Assembly: GCA_002269645.1 (NCBI GenBank)
Contig: NIVC01000240.1
Coordinates: 505,517-569,516, forward strand
Origin: Macrostomum lignano
Taxonomy: Eukaryota
DNA: 64,000 nucleotides
Direction: 5' to 3'
This document shows, piece after piece, positions 57,839-64,000 of the stretch. Made by a program: the position numbers and the translations under genes. Position 1 is the first letter of the stretch. The number at the start of each line of letters is the position of its first letter. The notes beneath the pieces were generated by a model. It was given only the letters and a program-made list of their open reading frames with translations. It ran no database searches and was not told the origin of the DNA.

Positions 57839-57984
57839 AGTCGTTAGCCAAGCGTCAGTTGCGGTTATGTAGTCAATTGTAGAGTTCACTTGTGGAGTCG
57901 CTCGGATTAGTCGCCTCTTACGACAAGCTTGCGAAGCTGTAGAGCTATTCTGACCCGGTCTCTACACGGGTTTGTTTTCGCAAC

Positions 57985-60900
57985 TTAACGAGGTCGCAGA
58001 TTATAGCCGTGCGGCTGGCTCTCGTTCGTTGTTTGAGTCTCCTCGTGCTTCGTTGCGATGTGGCGGTTTGTCGAACGCGTGCGGTCGGCATTGTCAAGTG
58101 ACGGTAGAAATGTCGCCGTGTCAGTGTTGATCCTTTTCAATCGATGAATGTGCACGTAGAATTGGTGCTGATGAGGATCTTGCACATTGGCCAGGCGTGC
58201 CGTTGTCGGTAACGTTAGTTGGACCACTCGATATGGTCCTTTGTACTTCTGTGCGTGTTTGTGCGTCTGTTGTGGCGGATAGTGCAGGTAGACGATGTCG
58301 CCGGCTGTCAGAGTTGTCGATCTCGTGTCGGTGCCGGTGGTCAGAGCCACCTGATTGTCGATGTTGTGCTTGGCTACTTTCCATGCGAGGTGTAGTTGCG
58401 TGACGAACTTTTGAATGGACGTCGGGACTTCCACATATTGCGATGGTAGTAGTTGCTGTGCCAATAGGTTTGGCGGCTGGAAGTCTCGCCCAAACATTAG
58501 AAAGAATGGCGTATTATCCGTTGATCGATGAATAGCGCTGTTGTAGGCCATTGTTACTGCTTGCAGATAGATGATCCAGTCGTCCGGTTGTTGATGCGCG
58601 AAGTGTGTAATCATCTCGTGTAGGTTGCGGTGAAACCTTTCAACCATGTTCGCCTTCGGATTGTAGGTCGATGTGTAGATCTGCGTGATGTTGAGGATCT
58701 TCACCACTTGCTGAAAGAGTTGAGACGTAAACTGCGATCCATTGTCCGATGTGAGGTTCTTTGGCGTACCGTACTTGCAGATGATGTCGTTGAAGAAACC
58801 CATTGCCACTGTCTGAGCTGTGATGTCCGGTATTGGTATGGCAATAGCAAACTTTGAGAAAATGTCCAAGGCTGTTAGGATGTAGGTGTAGGCTATGCCA
58901 TGGAGACAGCTCGGTGGCAGCGGTCCGGTGATGTCGATGCTGAGACAGTCCATAGTCGTTGACTTCGGTATCGATTGTAGCTGTGGTTTTTGTCGTCGTC
59001 CTGTCTTTGATGCTGCGCATGAGTGGCAGTTATTGCAATACTGCTTGATGTCGCCATGCATGCTTGGCCAAAAGTAGTATTGCTCCACTCTTGCAATGGT
59101 TTTGGCTGCCGACAGGTGTCCAGCGAGTGGGTTGTCGTGCAGCTCGTTGAGAATGGCCTGCCTAAACGAATATGGCATGTAGATTTTAGGTTTGTTGTCA
59201 CTCATCCAGTAGAGTCGTGTCTTGTTGATTGTTAAATGTTGTCGCTGCTTGCGCAGGAATTTTCGTTCCACGGGGCTGAGCTTGATGTCCTTGTCGTTGT
59301 TTTTAACTGCTATGTAGAAGTTGTCGTGTTCAGTCTCATCCACCAATTCCTTGATGTTAGGGATTGGATGAATGGCGTTGACTTCGTAGGTTCTTGACAG
59401 AGCGTCCGCCGCCTTGTTAGTAATTCCTGGTTTGTAGACGAGCTTGTAGTTGTAGTCCTGGATCTTGAGTGTCATCCTGATGAGTCGGTTGTTTGTTTGT
59501 CCTTTTGTAGTTACGACGTAGGTCAGCGGTGCGTGATCTGTGCGTACTATCGTCGGTATTGGAGAACCATAGATGTAGTAATGGAACTGTCGTAGGGCGA
59601 ACAAGACTCCTAGTAGTTCTCGTTCCGTAGCGGACCATTTTGTCTCATTCGGTTTAAGTGCTCGACTGACGTAGGCTATAGGTCGTTCCTTTTTGTCTCC
59701 AGTTTCCTGTAGTAGGACTGCTCCGAGTCCCGTTCCTGAGGCGTCTGTCTCGATGATGAAGGGTTTGTCGAAGTCCGGATGCTGTAGCAGTGCGTCTGAT
59801 GTCAGTTGTCGTTTGATTTCGTCAAAACTTTCTTGTTGCTTTTGTGTCCAATTATCCTGCTTCCATTTGTCGAACTTGAGCAGGTCGTACAGCGGCTTTG
59901 CTGTCTTCGCGAAGTTGGGTAAGAACTTTCGGAAGTATTGCGCTAGTCCAAGAAATGATTGGACCTTCGTTATGCTAGTTGGTGTAGGAAACTTCTTTAC
60001 TTTCTCCACATTGTCTGGGTCCGGTGAGATTCCTTTGGCTGTCACTTGGTGTCCTAGGTAACGTACGTTGTCTCGGAAGAATTTGCATTTCGTCGGTTGT
60101 AGCTTAAGACCTTGGCGTTGAATGAGCGCTAGGGCCTTCTCCGTAGCTTCATAGAGTCGTTGGAAGTCTTCTCCGTAGGCCAAGATGTCGTCGACATAGT
60201 GCAGCAGGTTTGTGCATCCTGCAAGCATGTATGCCGTTAGTCGGCTCATTGTTGCTGGGCTGTTGCTGAGTCCCATTGGCGACCGGTTGTACTCGTAGAC
60301 TTGTCCATTGTAGGTTTTGAAAGCCGTGTACTGTCGTGATTCTTTCTCGATTTCAATTTGCCAAAATCCATGACGTAGGTCGAACACCGTGAACAATTTT
60401 GCTGTGTTGAGCTTTGCTAGTAGCTCGGAGATCTTTGGTAGGCTTTGCTGATCCGTCGGTATGTACTTGTTCAGCAGTCTGAAGTCGCATACAAGTCGTC
60501 TTTCGTTAGTCTCCTTCTTTTGTACCAGTAGGCACGGTGAGGAATAGGCTGAAATTGCTTTGCTGATGATGCCGTGCTTTAGCATTTTATCGATAATTTC
60601 ATCAAAGTGTTGTTGCAGATGTTTGGCAATCGGGTACGGCTTGCATTGAATTGGTTCCGTGTGCGGTAGAAGCTTGATTTCTTGTTTAATGTCTTTAGCG
60701 CGTCCGATGTCGTAATCATGATGGCAGAAGGCTTCGTTGTACTTCCACAACAGTTGTCGAACTTTCTTCTTTTGCTGTTCCGTGATCGGGCTGTCGTCCA
60801 AGTTGATTTTCTTTTGAAATTCTTCTTCTGTTAGTCGTGGAGTCGTGTGCTCAATCAGCATAACTGATGCTTGAGTGTTGAGATGACCGATGCACATTCC

Positions 60901-62907
60901 TTGTCGTAGATGAACCATTTCCGCGTTCGGGTTGAAGATTTGTACTGGCAGCTGCTTATCTTTTGCAACCAGCACTAGTGCCGTAGGCATCATAATTTGG
61001 TGTTTAGCCGTGACTCTTCTGTTTGGGTCGAATATCATTGCTTCCTCCGTTGCGTTAGTTGCCTTTGCCTTTATCCAGCAGGCGCTCTCCGGTTGGATGA
61101 TGACATCTTGTTGCAATGTTACTTTTGGTAGTACTCGGATCTGGTTGATCAATGGTTGTTCTACCGAGTCGATCTTGAACGTTTGCTTATTGAAGTCGAA
61201 GGTCAATGGTAGTCGAAGCTGCTTGAACGTGTCGATGCCAACAATAACGTCCTGGTTTGGGAGTCTGTCGATGACGTACGTTGGAACTGTCAAATGTTTA
61301 TTAGCGATTCTTAAATCAATGTCGGCTTTTCCCAGAATGTTTAGCGAATGTCCTCCTGCTCCTGCAACTGCGATTGTTGCTGGCCGTAGAGCAAGTCGTA
61401 GCTTGTTGCACAGTTGTTTTGATATAACTGTAATGGAGCTGCCGGAGTCCAGTAACGCTCGACATGGTAGATTGTTGATTATAACTTGAGCCATTGCTTT
61501 GCCAATTTCGGCGTGTAGAGTACATACGTAGTTTTCTGGCCATTTTGGGTCTTGCTGTTCTGCTTGATAGTTAGGTGGTTGTATTCTTGGTGCCGTTGGT
61601 GTTGTCGGAATCGATGGATATAGCCGCGTTGCTAGTGTCGGTTGCCCTTGAACCTCACGATGTGCAGTTTCTGTTAGTTCTAAACTGTTGTCGCCTTCCG
61701 TTGTCGTTCTTTGCATTATGGCATTCACTGTCTTCTTAGCTCTTGGACAAGTTTGACTGAAGCACCGTACGATTGACGAAATGATGAAGATTGCCGTGGC
61801 AATCCACACAATGCAAGCACCGTAGAAGATGAATCCTTGATAGAGACTGCCTCTTCCATTGAGCAGCTCCCAGAAGCTGTTTGTCCAAAATGATTTGATG
61901 GCGCTGTCCATTGAAACAAGGACGGGAAATCTTCCTGTCCCGGTTCCTTTGTCCTTTCTTGTGAACAGCTGGTGAATCATCTTGCGTTGGGTGATGAACG
62001 CTTGCAAGAAGTCGTTGATCGTCCATCCTGGTGTTATTTCGTCAAGTTGGATATCGGCGAATGGCGTATACTTTGTTCTGTTGAATCGGATTTTCAAATC
62101 CTCCATGTCGTAGTTTTCGTCGACGATTACTTCCGGTTCTGTGATGTTTGCTGTCGTTCCAGTTGTTTTGATGACGTGTAGTGCATTGTCCAGTTGATAG
62201 TAGTTCGCTGCCGTGGTGCAAGGTCTCGGTATTGCGGTGCCAACGATGATGTTGTGTACCGTGTCCAAGAATCCCTGAATTCGTTTTCCTTCGTAGAACG
62301 CTTCAATCCTTGGCTTGTCGTAGCAGGTTGTTGACGTGTTTGACGGCAAGATGTTGAAGTGCTGTATCGGCGTGCACTTGTATATCAACAGATGCTCGTA
62401 TATTGGAACTGCCAAAACGTTCGTCATTCCGGTGATTTTACGAAAAGTCATCGTAGGGTTGACATAGTAGTTTTGTCTGGCATAATTTAAGTTGATTGCG
62501 TGCATTTTGCAAGTTAGCTGGACCAGTGTTCGATGCAAGTGGTTTAACTGGTTGTGTAGATTGTGATCCAAAGCCGTTATCTTTGCTGACAGTAGTCGGT
62601 TTGACACTAGTTTGGGACGTTCGATGTCTCGTCGTCGTCTGTTCTGTTGTTCCTGCTGTTGATACGTTCCGTTGATGATCGCCAGAAAGGTTTGTTTGTC
62701 GTCTTCTTTTACGTAGACTGGTATCTCTTGTTCCGAGATGAATAGTGTCTTGTCTGTATCCTTGCATTTCAGTTTTTGCTCGACTGGTTTCTTTTGAAAC
62801 GTCAGTGCCAAGTCTCCTGACTTTGCCAAAAACGTATTTGACAGTAGACCTCCTTCAACTGTGTGATACTTTTGAAGCTTGCAGTCAATTTCCGGCTCAA
62901 CTTCCAC
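57985..62907 (-). CDS. 1640-aa open frame: C-terminal part of an env-like glycoprotein, TM helix, aspartic protease, RT, RNase H and integrase
   Basis: RRRR furin site (62629-40); NPT...C motif; TM at ~61836-61768; LDSGS (61441-49); YVDD (60187-98); TDASGTGLGAVL; H-x6-H...C-x2-C zinc finger; D-D-E (SIDITG, SDNG, VERFHR); GPY; terminal YNLRPR. Confidence 0.95.
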   Translation of the reverse strand: MEVEPEIDCKLQKYHTVEGGLLSNTFLAKSGDLALTFQKKPVEQKLKCKDTDKTLFISEQEIPVYVKEDDKQTFLAIINGTYQQQEQQNRRRRDIERPKLVSNRLLSAKITALDHNLHNQLNHLHRTLVQLTCKMHAINLNYARQNYYVNPTMTFRKITGMTNVLAVPIYEHLLIYKCTPIQHFNILPSNTSTTCYDKPRIEAFYEGKRIQGFLDTVHNIIVGTAIPRPCTTAANYYQLDNALHVIKTTGTTANITEPEVIVDENYDMEDLKIRFNRTKYTPFADIQLDEITPGWTINDFLQAFITQRKMIHQLFTRKDKGTGTGRFPVLVSMDSAIKSFWTNSFWELLNGRGSLYQGFIFYGACIVWIATAIFIISSIVRCFSQTCPRAKKTVNAIMQRTTTEGDNSLELTETAHREVQGQPTLATRLYPSIPTTPTAPRIQPPNYQAEQQDPKWPENYVCTLHAEIGKAMAQVIINNLPCRALLDSGSSITVISKQLCNKLRLALRPATIAVAGAGGHSLNILGKADIDLRIANKHLTVPTYVIDRLPNQDVIVGIDTFKQLRLPLTFDFNKQTFKIDSVEQPLINQIRVLPKVTLQQDVIIQPESACWIKAKATNATEEAMIFDPNRRVTAKHQIMMPTALVLVAKDKQLPVQIFNPNAEMVHLRQGMCIGHLNTQASVMLIEHTTPRLTEEEFQKKINLDDSPITEQQKKKVRQLLWKYNEAFCHHDYDIGRAKDIKQEIKLLPHTEPIQCKPYPIAKHLQQHFDEIIDKMLKHGIISKAISAYSSPCLLVQKKETNERRLVCDFRLLNKYIPTDQQSLPKISELLAKLNTAKLFTVFDLRHGFWQIEIEKESRQYTAFKTYNGQVYEYNRSPMGLSNSPATMSRLTAYMLAGCTNLLHYVDDILAYGEDFQRLYEATEKALALIQRQGLKLQPTKCKFFRDNVRYLGHQVTAKGISPDPDNVEKVKKFPTPTSITKVQSFLGLAQYFRKFLPNFAKTAKPLYDLLKFDKWKQDNWTQKQQESFDEIKRQLTSDALLQHPDFDKPFIIETDASGTGLGAVLLQETGDKKERPIAYVSRALKPNETKWSATERELLGVLFALRQFHYYIYGSPIPTIVRTDHAPLTYVVTTKGQTNNRLIRMTLKIQDYNYKLVYKPGITNKAADALSRTYEVNAIHPIPNIKELVDETEHDNFYIAVKNNDKDIKLSPVERKFLRKQRQHLTINKTRLYWMSDNKPKIYMPYSFRQAILNELHDNPLAGHLSAAKTIARVEQYYFWPSMHGDIKQYCNNCHSCAASKTGRRQKPQLQSIPKSTTMDCLSIDITGPLPPSCLHGIAYTYILTALDIFSKFAIAIPIPDITAQTVAMGFFNDIICKYGTPKNLTSDNGSQFTSQLFQQVVKILNITQIYTSTYNPKANMVERFHRNLHEMITHFAHQQPDDWIIYLQAVTMAYNSAIHRSTDNTPFFLMFGRDFQPPNLLAQQLLPSQYVEVPTSIQKFVTQLHLAWKVAKHNIDNQVALTTGTDTRSTTLTAGDIVYLHYPPQQTHKHAQKYKGPYRVVQLTLPTTARLANVQDPHQHQFYVHIHRLKRINTDTATFLPSLDNADRTRSTNRHIATKHEETQTTNESQPHGYNLRPR

Positions 62908-63745
62908 GCGAAGAAGTATTGTCGTGACTTAGATGGTTCTTCATATCGTGAGTCGCCTCTGCGTATAATTTGCCATCGATAGTCTTGATGATATGTTGGA
63001 CTCAACGGTAAGCTGTATAGTTCCTCATTCCGCAGTATCGGCGTTGGACACCATCCTTTGCTGTATCGGCAGTCGCTTAATTGCAGTTGTAGCGACTCCA
63101 TTTTTTCAAAAGGATTGTGGTAGAATGGAATATTCCTGATTAGGTAACTGTTTCGTGTCATGTAGTTAGTCCATGCTTCCGAAAAGTGTACATATCGTCC
63201 GTTTGCTGAGTTCTTCGTTCGGTAAAGTTGTGCCTCCCCCACTTTCTCATCCGGTTCTAGCTGACCATCCTTTGAGAACAGTGTTTGGTTCCATTGTAGA
63301 CATTCAGCGTGCGACACATGTAGTTCGTGTTGCCAAAATCGAATTCTGTTCCACTGTCCTCGCCAAACTTTTTCCACTAGGTGCTTGTCTCTGAAGCACA
63401 CTATTCCGTGTTGTCGATGCTTTTGATGTTAGCCTTGTAGAGGTCGAGTGTAATCTTCTTTGGCTTCGTTTGGTTTGTCTTGAAGTAGCTGCATTTGATG
63501 TCGGTTGGTATCTTGTAGATCATCGGTTGGATATGCGCATCCGTTGGACATATCATTGGTTTCTCCATTGCTGTTGCTTTGGTGACTACTGCCGTCAGTA
63601 GTATTATGATGATCCAGAATATCCAGAATCGCCATTTTCTGAACGTTGCCGTTGTCTTTGCTGGCATTGGCTGCGGCTGCCATTCGTTATCTTCTGCGTC
63701 CGCATCGTATTCTTCCTCTTGTTCCATTGGCGTTTCCGAGCGCAA
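62908..63745 (-). pseudogene. N-terminal half of the env-like glycoprotein (signal sequence and Cys-rich ectodomain), broken by frameshifts
   Basis: FRKWRFWIFWIIIILLTAVVTKATA|MEKPMICP signal-like stretch, ICP...KC, VCF and CRYSKGWCP; frame changes at ~63401 and ~63030-62910. Confidence 0.75.
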
Positions 63746-64000
63746 GGCATCCGATTCGTTCCGCTGCTTGTCGTCTTCATCATTTTCTTCCTTGCTTTCT
63801 TCGATGTTGTAGTTGTGTCACTCCATTGTCGCGGTACCTCACTTCGGCCTTGTAGTCGACGTTTGAATGTAGGCTTCACCATTTCGTTTATATCGGATCT
63901 CGTAGCATTGATCGCTGTCGGAGCTTAGATTTCTTTCTTCCATTCCTTTGTGCCTTCCGTCTTCATGTGCTTTGTCGACGCTTGGTTGTCATCAGCGTCT

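Larger units (their letters stand above)
55043..64000 (-). mobile_element. Ty3/Gypsy (Metaviridae) LTR retroelement with env-like glycoprotein, pol and two RING accessory ORFs; gag and 5' LTR presumably beyond the window end
   Basis: PR-RT-RH-IN order, GPY motif, PPT and a TG...CA LTR, all on the - strand. Confidence 0.93.

Overview
Eukaryotic (metazoan) genomic DNA with GC-rich exons and introns packed with mini/microsatellites. The style suggests a free-living flatworm such as Macrostomum, but this is inference only. Host genes reconstructed from splice sites and recalled family motifs: the 3' end of a furry/FRY gene (+, 6 exons), an MFSD13A/TMEM180-like MFS transporter (-), a multi-C2H2 zinc-finger gene (-), an Artemis/DCLRE1C-like nuclease (-, 6 exons), an orphan S/T/K-rich gene (-), a RASEF/Rab45-like EF-hand Rab GTPase (-), and two weaker orphan ORFs (+). 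Mobile elements: an intact DD34D mariner, a decayed RNase H-bearing non-LTR element, four MITE copies with 8-bp TSDs, and a CORE-like SINE. The standout is the right-hand 9 kb: a Ty3/Gypsy LTR element (- strand, 5' end outside the window). A class III (gB/chuvirus-G-like) fusion glycoprotein lies upstream of, and in frame with, PR-RT-RH-IN. Its cytoplasmic linker carries LYPSI, PTAP and PPNY late-domain motifs. Two paralogous double-RING accessory ORFs (one starting MGNAQS, a myristoylation motif) sit between integrase and the PPT/3' LTR, an organisation resembling a complex retrovirus. Family assignments rest on recalled motifs, not on database searches.
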